64,000 nt of DNA from Turneriella sp. GTDB lineage: Bacteria; Spirochaetota; Leptospiria; Turneriellales; Turneriellaceae. Below are positions 1 to 10,292 of this stretch, piece by piece. The notes under the pieces were generated by a model. The model saw only the letters and a list, made by a program, of their open reading frames with translations, ran no database searches and was not told where the DNA came from. The stretch covers positions 1,024,001-1,088,000 of the forward strand of contig CBDIID010000003.1 in the NCBI GenBank assembly GCA_965279515.1. The letters run 5' to 3'. The translations under genes and the position numbers were made by a program. The first letter of the stretch is position 1; the number at the start of each line of letters is the position of its first letter.

Positions 1-2
1 AT

Positions 3-1151
3 TTTATCTCGGGAAAACAATACCTGTTTTCGATTGTGCTTGTGAATGGCCGCATCACGGTAAAATTCTGGAATCTGCTCGTGCCGACCGGCATTGAGGC
101 GAAAAGGGTACAGGAAAGCGCGGAGCTCAAGGCGCTCGACAAGGTAAAAGCAGGCAAACGTAATCTTCTTGTACTGACCTATAACGAAGCTGCCGGAGTC
201 ATACGGCTCGAACTCAATGGCCGTGAGCAGGCACTCTACAAGGCGCGGCGCGACGCTGGCGACCATTTTGTCCTGACGTTCGACAGCCTGGCGTCTGCGC
301 CCTTCGTGCTGTTCTCGCCTTTCAGGGGTTATGCGGATAATATCTTGTTCTCGAACCGGGTTTTGACAGCGGAGGATATCCGCCATTATGGCCGCCTCGA
401 CCCGTACGGAGACCGCTACGAACAACGCAAGGGAATACTGCGCAGCGGCGTATTCGACATGGGCTATTCGCAGAGCACAGTGACCGGCGCCGCGGCCGAC
501 ACCGAAACCACGCGTGAGAATGATATGGCTGTCTTTGCGCGCTGCTTCGACCGGCGCTTTGACCCGGCGCTTTCGGAACGCGACCTGGCCTTCGGGAAAA
601 TCGCCGGCTTCAGCGAAAAGAAATGCCGGTTTATCCAGTTCAAGGCGGTCTTTGCGGCCGACAATGCCGGGGACACATCGCCGCTTTTGAGAAATATAAA
701 ACTCGAGTACCGGGCAAATCCGCCGCCCGACCGGCCACTGTTACCTAAAATCATTTCTGCGAAAAACGAAACCCTGGAAATCGAACTGACCCCCAATACC
801 GAGCTCGATGTAGTGCGCGGCGGGCGCTATATCTTGTATTACGGGCACAAACCGCATAAGATCGAGGGCGCTGTATATTTCACGACGGCGACAAACAGCG
901 GCGGTATATTTAAGGGAGAAAAGATTGCCCATAAGGTTCCGATCCGCCTGAAAATATCGAACGATACTCTGGCGCAGAACAAAGCGTGGGCCGATAAAAA
1001 TCCGCGCTTCAGGCACCGCTATCCGGTTTTAGAAACGGGCATCGGTTATTATTTCTGGGTGACCGCCTGCGACAACGCCTGGGGCGAGGCGCAGGAGCTG
1101 GCCGACCATGAATCACAGCCATCGGAAGCGGTTTTTGCCCGGTTCGAATAA
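3..1151 (+). CDS. LamG/concanavalin-like jelly-roll domain protein with C-terminal FN3-like region, 5'-truncated by the window
   Basis: The frame is open from position 3. It has a LamG-like 'FRGYADNILFSNRVLT' motif and an FN3-like 'YYFWVTACD...ESQPSE' end. Confidence 0.55.
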   Translation, partial: FISGKQYLFSIVLVNGRITVKFWNLLVPTGIEAKRVQESAELKALDKVKAGKRNLLVLTYNEAAGVIRLELNGREQALYKARRDAGDHFVLTFDSLASAPFVLFSPFRGYADNILFSNRVLTAEDIRHYGRLDPYGDRYEQRKGILRSGVFDMGYSQSTVTGAAADTETTRENDMAVFARCFDRRFDPALSERDLAFGKIAGFSEKKCRFIQFKAVFAADNAGDTSPLLRNIKLEYRANPPPDRPLLPKIISAKNETLEIELTPNTELDVVRGGRYILYYGHKPHKIEGAVYFTTATNSGGIFKGEKIAHKVPIRLKISNDTLAQNKAWADKNPRFRHRYPVLETGIGYYFWVTACDNAWGEAQELADHESQPSEAVFARFE

Positions 1152-1192
1152 GAAAAGTAGCCGACGGGCCATCCCCTCAATACCTTTGAGCC

Positions 1193-2101
1193 ATGGTTAA
1201 AAGAGTCTTTCTGTTTATTCTGACGAACATCCTTGTCGTCGCAACGATTTCTATCCTGCTGAGCGTCTTCGGCGTCACGCACTACGTCGAACGCGCGGGT
1301 AAGGCCTATCACCTCAACCTGCAGAAGCTGATGATCATCTGCCTCGTCTGGGGTTTCATCGGCGCGTTCATCTCGCTTGCGCTCAGCAAGGTCATGGCGA
1401 AGTGGATGATGGGCCTCTCGGTCATCGATCCGCGCAAAGCGTCGGGCATTGAAGCGCAGCTGGTAGTGACGGTACACCGCCTCGCGAAAGCCGCGGGCCT
1501 GACGACCATGCCCGAAGTTGCGATCTATGACGCCGAAGAAGTGAATGCCTTCGCCACCGGCCCCACACGCTCAAGTTCGCTCGTTGCTGTCTCCACCGGT
1601 CTTTTACGCTCGATGGAATGGGCAGAAGTTGAGGGAGTTTTAGGGCACGAAATCGCACACATCGCCAACGGTGACATGGTGACAATGGCGCTGCTCCAGG
1701 GCGTGGTCAACGCCTTCGTAATGTTCCTGTCGCGCGTCATCGCCTTTGCGATCAGCTCGGCAGTCAGCCGCAGCGACGAAGAAAATTCATTCCCACGCAT
1801 GCTGAATTTTATCCTGACGATTGTTTTCGATATCGTATTCACGCTCTTGGGCTCGATGGTGATTGCAGCCTTTTCGCGGTTTCGTGAATACCGCGCCGAT
1901 GCCGGCGGTGCTTCGCTTGCCGGCCGCCAGAAGATGATAGCCGCATTAGATCGCCTGCGCCGTACGCATGAGCAGGTTGATAATTCACAGGCTCCGGCAC
2001 TTGCCGCAATGAAGATTTCAAACAAAGGCGGATTTCTCGCCCTGTTCTCTACGCATCCGCCGCTCGAAGACCGCATCGCGCGTCTGCAGCGTGGCGGTTA
2101 G
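1193..2101 (+). CDS. htpX: Membrane zinc metalloprotease HtpX (M48)
   Basis: HEIAH zinc motif, NAFATG, SRFREYRADAGGA, STHPPLEDRI, transmembrane segments. Confidence 0.95.
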   Translation: MVKRVFLFILTNILVVATISILLSVFGVTHYVERAGKAYHLNLQKLMIICLVWGFIGAFISLALSKVMAKWMMGLSVIDPRKASGIEAQLVVTVHRLAKAAGLTTMPEVAIYDAEEVNAFATGPTRSSSLVAVSTGLLRSMEWAEVEGVLGHEIAHIANGDMVTMALLQGVVNAFVMFLSRVIAFAISSAVSRSDEENSFPRMLNFILTIVFDIVFTLLGSMVIAAFSRFREYRADAGGASLAGRQKMIAALDRLRRTHEQVDNSQAPALAAMKISNKGGFLALFSTHPPLEDRIARLQRGG

Positions 2102-2106
2102 GCTGC

Positions 2107-2340
2107 CTAGATTTCCATCTTTTTCTTAACCCGGTGCAGCAACTTCTTGTAGCTGCGCCCGAGACTTAGGAAGAGAAAAGTTAATCCCACGCCAATGGCG
2201 ATACAGGCTGCCATGATGCCACCCAATGGCAGATGTGCATTGATAAAGAAAATCTGAATCTGCACCTTCTGCCCATTCAACAGCAAAAATAAAATCAGCA
2301 AAAGCGCAGAGATAGCCAAAACATTCAGGCGTATCGGCAT
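2107..2340 (-). CDS. LapA-family small membrane protein
   Basis: 77 aa with the layout TM - 'NGQKVQIQIFF..HLPL' - TM - basic tail, typical of LapA/DUF1049. Confidence 0.6.
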   Translation of the reverse strand: MPIRLNVLAISALLLILFLLLNGQKVQIQIFFINAHLPLGGIMAACIAIGVGLTFLFLSLGRSYKKLLHRVKKKMEI

Positions 2341-2367
2341 AACTTAAAACCGGGAATGGAGAGGCGC

Positions 2368-2394
2368 CGGTACGGCAACCTCGTTGCCGTACCG
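2368..2394. repeat. Perfect 12-bp intergenic hairpin (REP-like or terminator-like)
   Basis: CGGTACGGCAAC-CTC-GTTGCCGTACCG. Confidence 0.75.
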
Positions 2395-2399
2395 ATCCA

Positions 2400-2663
2400 C
2401 TAAATCTGGCTCGTGTTTGCGCTGCCACACATCGGGCAGTACTGCGTGTCATCCATCTCGTCGTCTTCTTCTTCGAGATAAACTTCCCAGCGGTAGTCGC
2501 AATCTTCGCAGGCATAACTGACCGCGATCTCGCGCTCACCGCCTACGCCCTCTTCATCATCCTCTTCAGGATCTTTCGGGCGAGCTTCTTCGTCTTCGTC
2601 TTCTTCCCCCTCTCGGCCCAGATAAAGTTTGGGTCGGATTTCGTCGTCTTTCATTTCGAACAT
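2400..2663 (-). CDS. Small, highly acidic zinc-ribbon protein
   Basis: CEDC...CPMCGS knuckles and D/E-rich tracts. Start taken at the ATG at 2663 (MFEMKDDE). Confidence 0.7.
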   Translation of the reverse strand: MFEMKDDEIRPKLYLGREGEEDEDEEARPKDPEEDDEEGVGGEREIAVSYACEDCDYRWEVYLEEEDDEMDDTQYCPMCGSANTSQI

Positions 2664-2836
2664 GCACCTACGCGACGCCAAAAAGCGAAAAGGCGGGTCA
2701 AGTATTTTTGGCAATCTCTCCCTTTTTTGCTTATTGTATCAATAAGATACGTGAAGATCGCAATACATTTGACCGCTTATCCAACACACGACTTAAGTTG
2801 CTATCTTTCGCGCCGGCACTATGGAGATAACCAGCA

Positions 2837-4816
2837 ATGACACCACAAAAACAAGGCCCCTTGGGCTCGGGAAGCCCCAATAAAACGATGAAAAATATCG
2901 CATTAGTCCTCCTCATCGTCATCATGGCCGCCCTCACTTATGAGGTATTTCAGGAACAACAGGGCAAAGTCACCGAAATCCACTATTCCCGGTTTTTGAG
3001 TCTGGTTGAAACAGAATCGCTCGCCGTTACGGAACAGGCGCCGCTAACCATTCAGGGGCATAACATCACCGGTAAGTTTTTCGACAAAGAAAAAAAGACC
3101 GACGTGCTTTTCAAAACAGTCATCCCCTACGTAGACGACAAACTGCTCGATCTGCTGAAGACGCACAAAGTGAAATATTTCAAAGGTGCAGCCGTCGAAG
3201 AAAGTTTCTTCTGGCGCACAATCATGCCACTCTTGCCATGGATTGCCATCGTCGGCTTTTTCTGGTTCATGATGGCGCGCCAGGTGCAGTCGACCGGTAA
3301 CCGCGCGCTGACATTCGGCAAGTCGCGCCCGAAGATGGGCCCCGACATGAAAAACCGCATCACCTTCAACGATGTTGCCGGTGTTGAAGAAGCAAAAGAA
3401 GAACTCAAAGAAGTGGTGGATTTCCTCAAGGCCCCGCAAAAGTTCCAGGCGATCGGCGCAAAAATCCCCCGCGGTGTTTTGCTGGTCGGCCCTCCCGGTA
3501 CGGGTAAGACACTGCTCGCCAAAGCCGTTGCGGGCGAAGCGGGAGTTCCGTTCTTCTCCATCTCAGGTTCTGACTTTGTCGAAATGTTCGTGGGCGTCGG
3601 CGCAAGCCGCGTGCGTGATCTTTTCGGACAGGCGAAGCGCCAGACGCCGTGTATCGTGTTCATCGATGAGATCGATGCCGTGGGTCGCCTCAGGGGCGCA
3701 GGTCTCGGCGGCGGTCATGACGAACGCGAGCAGACACTCAACCAGCTGCTCGTCGAGATGGACGGCTTTGAAGAGAACGAAGGCATCATCATCATCGCGG
3801 CGACAAACCGCGCCGATGTACTCGACCCTGCACTCCTTCGCCCGGGCCGCTTCGACCGTCAGGTCGTCGTGGATACACCGGACGTGCGTGGCCGCGAGGC
3901 AATCCTGAAAATCCACAGCCGCAAGGTACCGATGGAAGAAGGTGCGTCGATGGATAAAGTTGCGCGCGGAACGCCGGGCTTCACCGGTGCCGATCTCGCG
4001 AACCTCATCAACGAAGCAGCGCTGCTCGCTGCGCGCCATGACCGCAAAAAGGTTACCGAAGACGATCTCGACCATGCGCGCGACAAGGTAATGATGGGTC
4101 CTGAACGGAAATCATTCCTCATCATCCCTGAAGAAAAGAAAATCATCGCCTACCACGAAGCAGGCCATGCAATTCTCGCCGAACTTCTCGAACACGCAGA
4201 GCAGATCCACAAGGTTACGATCATTCCCCGTGGCCGCGCGCTGGGTATCACACAACACCTGCCCGAACAGGAAAAACACATGCGCTCGCGCAACTACTGG
4301 CTCGACCAGCTGGTGGTATTCATGGGCGGGCGCCTCGCAGAAGAAATCGAATTCGAAGACGTCACGACAGGCGCCTCGAACGATATCGAACGCGCAACCA
4401 ACATCGCGCGCCGCATGGTGACGGAATGGGGTATGTCAGACCGTGTGGGCCCGATGCGCCTTTCCGGTTCAGACACGAATGCAGTTTTCCTGGGCCGTGA
4501 CTACACACGCCAGGGCGATCACTCCGAAGAATATGCAAAGATAATCGATACCGAAGTGAAGCGCATCATTGATACAGCTTTCGAACGCGGGCGCACGATG
4601 CTCAAAAAGAACAAAAAGCGCCTCGATCAGGTCGCGCAGGCACTGCTCGACCGTGAAACAATCACCGGTGCCGAGCTGCGTGAAATTATGAGCGGCCGCA
4701 AGCTGAAACCCCTGGCTCCGCCACCGCCGCCACCCGAAAAAAGCGGAGATAAAAAACCGCTGAATCCAACTCCGTCATTCGGACAAGACCTGCTGTCCGG
4801 GGCGCAGCCGGCCTGA
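2837..4816 (+). CDS. ftsH: ATP-dependent zinc metalloprotease FtsH
   Basis: Two TMs, Walker [19 protein letters not shown], second region of homology, HEAGH. Confidence 0.98.
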   Translation: MTPQKQGPLGSGSPNKTMKNIALVLLIVIMAALTYEVFQEQQGKVTEIHYSRFLSLVETESLAVTEQAPLTIQGHNITGKFFDKEKKTDVLFKTVIPYVDDKLLDLLKTHKVKYFKGAAVEESFFWRTIMPLLPWIAIVGFFWFMMARQVQSTGNRALTFGKSRPKMGPDMKNRITFNDVAGVEEAKEELKEVVDFLKAPQKFQAIGAKIPRGVLLVGPPGTGKTLLAKAVAGEAGVPFFSISGSDFVEMFVGVGASRVRDLFGQAKRQTPCIVFIDEIDAVGRLRGAGLGGGHDEREQTLNQLLVEMDGFEENEGIIIIAATNRADVLDPALLRPGRFDRQVVVDTPDVRGREAILKIHSRKVPMEEGASMDKVARGTPGFTGADLANLINEAALLAARHDRKKVTEDDLDHARDKVMMGPERKSFLIIPEEKKIIAYHEAGHAILAELLEHAEQIHKVTIIPRGRALGITQHLPEQEKHMRSRNYWLDQLVVFMGGRLAEEIEFEDVTTGASNDIERATNIARRMVTEWGMSDRVGPMRLSGSDTNAVFLGRDYTRQGDHSEEYAKIIDTEVKRIIDTAFERGRTMLKKNKKRLDQVAQALLDRETITGAELREIMSGRKLKPLAPPPPPPEKSGDKKPLNPTPSFGQDLLSGAQPA

Positions 4817-4858
4817 GCCACGGATGCCTAAGGGTCGGCGCCTGACACGGAGGGCGTC

Positions 4859-5815
4859 TTGGGCGTGAACCAGCTTGACTCCCCCGGCCCGATCATCTAT
4901 ATCTTCTTAGATGGTGTGGGTTTAGGGGAGAATGACCCCGCTAAAAACCCCTTCGCGCGATTTAAGACGAAATTCTTTGGTCCGCAAGCCGGCCAGGCGT
5001 TTGCCATGCCGGGCGAGGTCATTGCGACAGACGCGCATATGGGCATCCCGGGCCTGCCACAATCAGCCACGGGCCAGACGGCGCTTTTCACGGGTTACAA
5101 CGGCCCTGAAATTCTCGGCCGGCATGTGAACGGATTTCCCACCTTCACGCTGCGCCCCTACTTCAAGGAGAAAAATATCCTGAAAGTGATGAACGATGCC
5201 GGGCTCAATGCGACCCTCATTAATTCGTATTCGAGCGTCTACCTGAAGAGGTTGCAGCACCCGCGCGCCGAGCGCATGCTCTCGGCTTCTTCGCTGATGC
5301 AGAAACATTCGGGTAAGCCCTACTTCACCACCGAGGATTACCTTGCGGGGCGCAGTCTTTATATGGACATGAATAACTGGTTTCTGCGTAAAAATGGCCT
5401 GGATGTGCCGTTCGCCAAGCCCTATGACAACGGACGCAAGCTCGCCCAAATCGCGCGCGGCTACGATCTCATCATCTATGAATATTTTTTCACCGACAAA
5501 GTCGGCCACGAGCAGTCGTTTGGAGCCGCCAAGCGCATCATCGGCCACGTCGACCAGTTCCTCTGCGGCGTTTGGGACGAGCTGGATCCGGCGCGCGAGA
5601 CCGTCGTAATCAGTTCAGACCACGGGAACCTCGAAGACCTCTCGGTGAAGACCCACACCCGTAACAAGGTGGGAACGTTTACCTACGGACGGCATCTCGC
5701 CGCCTTCAGGGATAATGTCAAAAACCTCGCGGATATCCCGCGCGTGATTCTCGACATTTTTGGTTTGCCGTTTGCCAGCGATTTCAAACCGAGTTCTACC
5801 GCCGCGCCGGCATAA
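4859..5815 (+). CDS. Alkaline-phosphatase-superfamily metalloenzyme (iPGM/phosphopentomutase-like)
   Basis: FLDGVG, PQSATGQT, DKVGH and SSDHGN...H metal-binding motifs. Confidence 0.8.
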   Translation: MGVNQLDSPGPIIYIFLDGVGLGENDPAKNPFARFKTKFFGPQAGQAFAMPGEVIATDAHMGIPGLPQSATGQTALFTGYNGPEILGRHVNGFPTFTLRPYFKEKNILKVMNDAGLNATLINSYSSVYLKRLQHPRAERMLSASSLMQKHSGKPYFTTEDYLAGRSLYMDMNNWFLRKNGLDVPFAKPYDNGRKLAQIARGYDLIIYEYFFTDKVGHEQSFGAAKRIIGHVDQFLCGVWDELDPARETVVISSDHGNLEDLSVKTHTRNKVGTFTYGRHLAAFRDNVKNLADIPRVILDIFGLPFASDFKPSSTAAPA

Positions 5816-5827
5816 CGGTGAGCGGCT

Positions 5828-7351
5828 GTGAATAACGTGCATATAGCAATCGTCGACGTCGGCTCGAACAACATCAAACTCGAAATCTTCGAGCTGAATT
5901 CTGAAGGGCACTCACACCTCGTTTTCGCCGAAAAATTTCAGGCGCGGCTCGGCTCGGATGTCTTTCTGACACGTAAACTGAGGCCCGAAAGCGCAGAGAT
6001 CGCTGTCGAGGCTTTGAAGCAGATACGCCGCATTACGCAGGAATTCAAATGCAAGCAGACTGTCGCGATCGCGACAGCGGCGCTGCGCGAATGCGAGAGT
6101 GCCGAATTTATCGACCGCATTAAACGCGAGTCGGGTATAACCGTCCACGTTATCTCGGGCCTTGAAGAGGCGCGCTTCGTCTATAACGGCGTGCGCGCGC
6201 ATACTTCGCTGGGCGACAAAAATTATTTTATCAACGATATCGGCGGCGGGTCCACGGAAATCCTGGTCGCCAGCGACCAGAACATCCACTTCGTCGAAAG
6301 CCTGCGCCTGGGAACAGTGCGCCTAAGGGAAATGTTTGCCAGCGAGGCCAAGGATCTTGTGAAGCTGATTGACCGCTACGTTGCGCGCTCGGTCGAGCCT
6401 TACCTGGCCGATATCGCGCGGTTTAAGCCCGAAGCCGGCCTCTGCACGGGCGGTACCGCGCGCACGCTGCTTGAGGTGCTGCGCGAGATGGGTGTTTCAC
6501 TCAAAGAAGAACTGCGGCTGCCCTGTGTCGACACGCGTGATTTTGCCGAAGTCGTCGACCAACTTTCCGGCATGAGCAAAAAGGAACTCGCGCGGCTAAA
6601 GAGCATCGACGAGGGCAGACGCGATATTATCCTTCCGGGCGCGGCACTGCTGTTATCGCTACTGAAGCATACCAAGCTGAACCGCTTTTTGGTTTCTCCC
6701 AATGGCCTGCGTGACGGCGCGCTGGCCGACTATGTTTACAATAAGGTAAATAAGAATATTTACCTGAGAAGCCAGACGCAGTTTCGCGAAGCGGGACTGA
6801 CGACCATCGTCGATAAATATAAAATGGACCGCGAACATTCGCAGCACGTCGCGAATCTCGCCGTTCAGATTTTCGATATTTTTACCGAAGTGCACCGCCT
6901 GCCGCCCGAAACGCGCGATCTATTGAAAGCCGCCGCGATGCTGCACGATATCGGTAAATTTATCGATTATTCGCAGCACCATAAGCATGCGCTGTACATC
7001 CTCAGTAACATGAACCTGCCGGGTTATAACAACGACGAGCGCGATATCATCGCCCACACGGCGCGCTACCACCGCAAATCGAACCCCAAGGCCTCGCACC
7101 TCGAATACGAAAAGCTAACCGCGCGCAAACAGGAGATTATCCTCAAACTTTCGGTGATGCTGCGCCTGGCTGACAGCCTCGACCGCAGCTATTCGAGCTC
7201 GATCATCGGCCTCAAGGGACAAAAGATCGACGCAAAGACCTGGCGCATTGAATTCGATGCCAATGCCGACAGCCAGATGGAAAAATGGGCTTTCAACCGC
7301 AAAAAGGAGTTTTTTGAAAAAATCTTCGATACGCGTCTGGTGCTGGCCTGA
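5828..7351 (+). CDS. ppx: Ppx/GppA exopolyphosphatase with HD domain
   Basis: DVGSNNIK, ATAALRE, DIGGGSTE, GLRDG, LHDIG. Confidence 0.92.
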   Translation: MNNVHIAIVDVGSNNIKLEIFELNSEGHSHLVFAEKFQARLGSDVFLTRKLRPESAEIAVEALKQIRRITQEFKCKQTVAIATAALRECESAEFIDRIKRESGITVHVISGLEEARFVYNGVRAHTSLGDKNYFINDIGGGSTEILVASDQNIHFVESLRLGTVRLREMFASEAKDLVKLIDRYVARSVEPYLADIARFKPEAGLCTGGTARTLLEVLREMGVSLKEELRLPCVDTRDFAEVVDQLSGMSKKELARLKSIDEGRRDIILPGAALLLSLLKHTKLNRFLVSPNGLRDGALADYVYNKVNKNIYLRSQTQFREAGLTTIVDKYKMDREHSQHVANLAVQIFDIFTEVHRLPPETRDLLKAAAMLHDIGKFIDYSQHHKHALYILSNMNLPGYNNDERDIIAHTARYHRKSNPKASHLEYEKLTARKQEIILKLSVMLRLADSLDRSYSSSIIGLKGQKIDAKTWRIEFDANADSQMEKWAFNRKKEFFEKIFDTRLVLA

Positions 7352-7391
7352 AAAACCTTTTCCAGCGTGTTTAGCCTGACGGTCCTGCCCT

Positions 7392-8435
7392 GTGGGTCTT
7401 GCACTCGCTTTTGAATCCAGCTGCGACGAAACAGGCGTAGCGCTCGTCGAAGACGGGCGGCGTGTTGTTACGGCGCCGCTTTTCAGCCAGATCGCCACAC
7501 ACCGGCCCTATGGCGGCATCGTGCCCGAATACGCAAGCCGCGCCCACCTCGAAAAATTTACGCAACTGACCGAAGAAATCCTGCGGCACCACGCCCTGAA
7601 ACCCGGTGATCTCGACTACGTGGCTGTCACGACGCGGCCTGGTCTCATCGGTGCGCTGCTGGTCGGCTACCAGAGCGCCACCGCGGCGGCCCGTTATTTC
7701 AAGACGCCGCTGATCGGCGTACACCACCTCGAAGCGCATCTTGCGGCGGTGCGCCTCTCGGGCATGGACATTCCCTACCCTGCACTCGGGCTCTTACTCT
7801 CCGGTGGCAACTCGGCGGTCTACCGCCTCGCCGCTCCGGGCAAAATTTACCTGGTCGGTGACACACTCGACGACGCGGCGGGTGAAGCGCTCGATAAGGC
7901 GGCGCAGATTTTGGGCTTTGGTTATCCCGGCGGCCCGCTGATCGAAAAAGCGGCAACGGCATACGCCGCTGCGCGGGGGATATCCCCCGGCGAAGAAGAC
8001 AAGCTCGGGAGTGAAAATATTTTCCCGGTGATTTTGAAAAGCCTGCCGCGCGAAAAGGTGGAGTTCAGCTTCAGCGGCATTAAGACTTCGCTGCTGAGGT
8101 ACCGCACCGACAATGCGCAGAGTGACGCGGACAAACTGGCGTTTTTCTACCAGGAAAGGATTGTCGAACATATTCTGCGCAACCTGAAACACGCTCTCGC
8201 GGCGCAGGGGCCATTGCCCGTCATCGCCGCGGGTGGCGTGCTCGCGAATAAAAGACTGCGCCGCGGCCTCGAACAAACCTGCGCCGCCGCGGGTGCGCAG
8301 CTGCTGATTCCTGAATTTAAATACTGCACCGATAACGCGGCTATGGTCGCAGCGGCGGCGCAGCTTTATTTTGAGAACGGCCTCACCTCGCCCTACGAAA
8401 ACGTCACTTCAGGGAATGCCTTCGTGGCAGTTTAA
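7392..8435 (+). CDS. tsaD: tRNA N6-threonylcarbamoyltransferase TsaD
   Basis: ESSCDET, GGIVPEYASRAH, HHLEAH, DDAAGEALDK, CTDNAAM. Confidence 0.96.
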   Translation: MGLALAFESSCDETGVALVEDGRRVVTAPLFSQIATHRPYGGIVPEYASRAHLEKFTQLTEEILRHHALKPGDLDYVAVTTRPGLIGALLVGYQSATAAARYFKTPLIGVHHLEAHLAAVRLSGMDIPYPALGLLLSGGNSAVYRLAAPGKIYLVGDTLDDAAGEALDKAAQILGFGYPGGPLIEKAATAYAAARGISPGEEDKLGSENIFPVILKSLPREKVEFSFSGIKTSLLRYRTDNAQSDADKLAFFYQERIVEHILRNLKHALAAQGPLPVIAAGGVLANKRLRRGLEQTCAAAGAQLLIPEFKYCTDNAAMVAAAAQLYFENGLTSPYENVTSGNAFVAV

Positions 8436-8496
8436 TATGGCAGGCATAAGACCCGGCGACGGAAAATTCCCGGCTTTTTGCCGCAAGATAGCGGGC

Positions 8497-9492
8497 ATGG
8501 AAAAAAATCCCGCATTTGTTTTTTACGTCGGTGAAAACGCCGAGGAACTCGAAGAGCTGGTCAAAACCGTGCGCGAGAAACTCGTCAAGGCCTACGGCAC
8601 TTGCGACGAAGTGCATCTCTCGGGCCTCGATAACGAAGTCTCGAGCTGGCACGCCGAGATGATGACGATGCCGATGTTCCCCAGCGGCCGTTTGATTCTG
8701 ATACGCCACGCTGAGGCATTACTGAAGCGCATCGAAGGCCAGGCGAAGGTGCTTGCCAACTACCTGCACGATACGGCTGCAGCCCCGGATTTTACGGTAT
8801 CGATACTGCAATTTAAGGAAAAAAAACTCGGCAAAAAAATCCAGCCGCTCGAAGAGCTGGCCTTAGTCTACGAGGAAATCCCCCTTGGCCCCGGCGAGAT
8901 CGCCGAACACATCGCCGAACGCGCCGCGGCGCTGGGCTATAAGATCGACCGCGACACCATCGAGCTCATTGTTGAAAAATCGGCCGGTGCACAGAAAACG
9001 GCGTTCGCCAATTTCGACCGACTTTTAACATTCCGCCTGCACGAAAAAGAGATCCGGGTCGAAGATGTCGAAGAAGTCGTCGGGCAGTCAGACAGCAATC
9101 TGCACTTCCGCCTCATCGACGAAACCGCGCGGCGCAATATCGCCGAATGCCTGCGCATTCTCGAGGTACATGCGCTCGACGAAGCCGAGTTACTGATCGG
9201 CGCGCTGATTCGCCTGTTCAGCGAATCGCTGCGCCACCACTATTACCGCGCATCAGGAATGGAGCTGAATGAAATCGGGCAGATCATCGCGACGCGGCCG
9301 CTGACTGGTTATCCGCTGAAGAAAAGCGCCGAACGCTGGACGATTCTCGTACAGAAATACTCCCCCGCAGGTATCAAACTGATTATGGACGCGCTGCTCA
9401 AGGCCGACCAGCTCTGCAAAGAGATCCGCGATGCGACACAACAGCAGGTGATTTTAACGAGTTTTTATCTGATGTTATCCAGGGCAGTTTAA
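8497..9492 (+). CDS. holA: DNA polymerase III delta subunit (HolA-like)
   Basis: Clamp-loader delta layout ('FYVGE', 'PMFPSGRLILI', 'ITVEDVEEVV'-like, 'LLKADQLCK'), about 330 aa. Start moved to the ATG at 8497. Confidence 0.75.
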   Translation: MEKNPAFVFYVGENAEELEELVKTVREKLVKAYGTCDEVHLSGLDNEVSSWHAEMMTMPMFPSGRLILIRHAEALLKRIEGQAKVLANYLHDTAAAPDFTVSILQFKEKKLGKKIQPLEELALVYEEIPLGPGEIAEHIAERAAALGYKIDRDTIELIVEKSAGAQKTAFANFDRLLTFRLHEKEIRVEDVEEVVGQSDSNLHFRLIDETARRNIAECLRILEVHALDEAELLIGALIRLFSESLRHHYYRASGMELNEIGQIIATRPLTGYPLKKSAERWTILVQKYSPAGIKLIMDALLKADQLCKEIRDATQQQVILTSFYLMLSRAV

Positions 9493-9633
9493 GAGGCTGT
9501 GTTAAAACGCGCCAGAAAGCCGGAAGCCTCGGCGTTTGCTCAGGCAAACGCCTGCTAAAGCGGCCGGAACGGCCTGCTTCCGTCTTTCTGCCGTGCCTTT
9601 TGGGCACGGTTCGCGCATTTTCACGCAGCCTCT
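9492..9633. mobile_element. MITE-like structured element with 21-bp imperfect terminal inverted repeats
   Basis: AGAGGCTGTGTTAAAACGCGC (9492-9512) pairs with GCGCATTTTCACGCAGCCTCT (9613-9633) at 18/21 positions. Several nested internal hairpins. Confidence 0.7.
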
Positions 9634-9653
9634 GCGAGCGTGTAACGCACGCT

Positions 9654-10292
9654 CTAAACAATATTAAAGTATTCGAAAATTTTCGGCGAGAACGAGATAT
9701 ACTGTTTGCCTGCGACGTCTTTGCGGATGTGCAGCAGGTTCTGGTTACGCAATTTCAGCAGGCTGCCGTTGGCATCTTCGACGGTGATGCCATAGGTCTT
9801 TTTCAGGTATTCGCAAAAGCCCATGTAGGGCAGGAGCAGAATTTCACCCGAGGCATCCTTATGCCCTTCAAGGTTCCAGAACGCCGACATCGCCTTGAGA
9901 ACCCGCGTCTCCTTGCTGAAAACCAGCAGCTCGCTGATCTGGTTATCGGCGTTTCTCAGGCGTTCGCAGAGCTTGCGGATCATGTTGACCGCAAACGACG
10001 TATTGCTGTTAACCATATAATCGAACGATTTTTTATCGATTCTCAGGATAATACTTTCGACGGCAACGGTCGCAGTGGCAGAGCGCGCTGAATCAGTGAA
10101 AAGCGCCATCTCGCCGAAAAATTCCCCGTCGCGCAGCGTCGCGAGAATCTGCTCGGCATTGCGCGCGCGCTTGGAAATATTCACCTGTCCCTGGTGGATG
10201 ATGAACATCTCTTCGGCGTGATCGCCTTCCTTGAAAATTGTCTGACCGGAATTGTAGGTAGAACCGAATCTTTTAACGAGTTCAGCGCTCAT
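9654..10292 (-). CDS. Crp/Fnr-family cyclic-nucleotide-binding protein
   Basis: IFKEGD, GEFFGEMALF..RSATA phosphate-binding cassette, divergent winged-HTH-like C-terminus. Confidence 0.85.
   Translation of the reverse strand: MSAELVKRFGSTYNSGQTIFKEGDHAEEMFIIHQGQVNISKRARNAEQILATLRDGEFFGEMALFTDSARSATATVAVESIILRIDKKSFDYMVNSNTSFAVNMIRKLCERLRNADNQISELLVFSKETRVLKAMSAFWNLEGHKDASGEILLLPYMGFCEYLKKTYGITVEDANGSLLKLRNQNLLHIRKDVAGKQYISFSPKIFEYFNIV

Noticed and set aside
8371..8496. Longer holA start overlapping tsaD
   Set aside because: It would overlap tsaD by 65 bp. The ATG at 8497 gives a typical delta-subunit length.
9492..9633. tRNA, suggested by the cloverleaf-like folding
   Set aside because: No TTCGA T-loop or D-loop consensus, no CCA end, and too long. 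The terminal repeats fit a MITE better.
9600..10091. 163-aa plus-strand ORF starting inside the repeat element
   Set aside because: Antisense to the Crp-like gene and has no transposase motifs.
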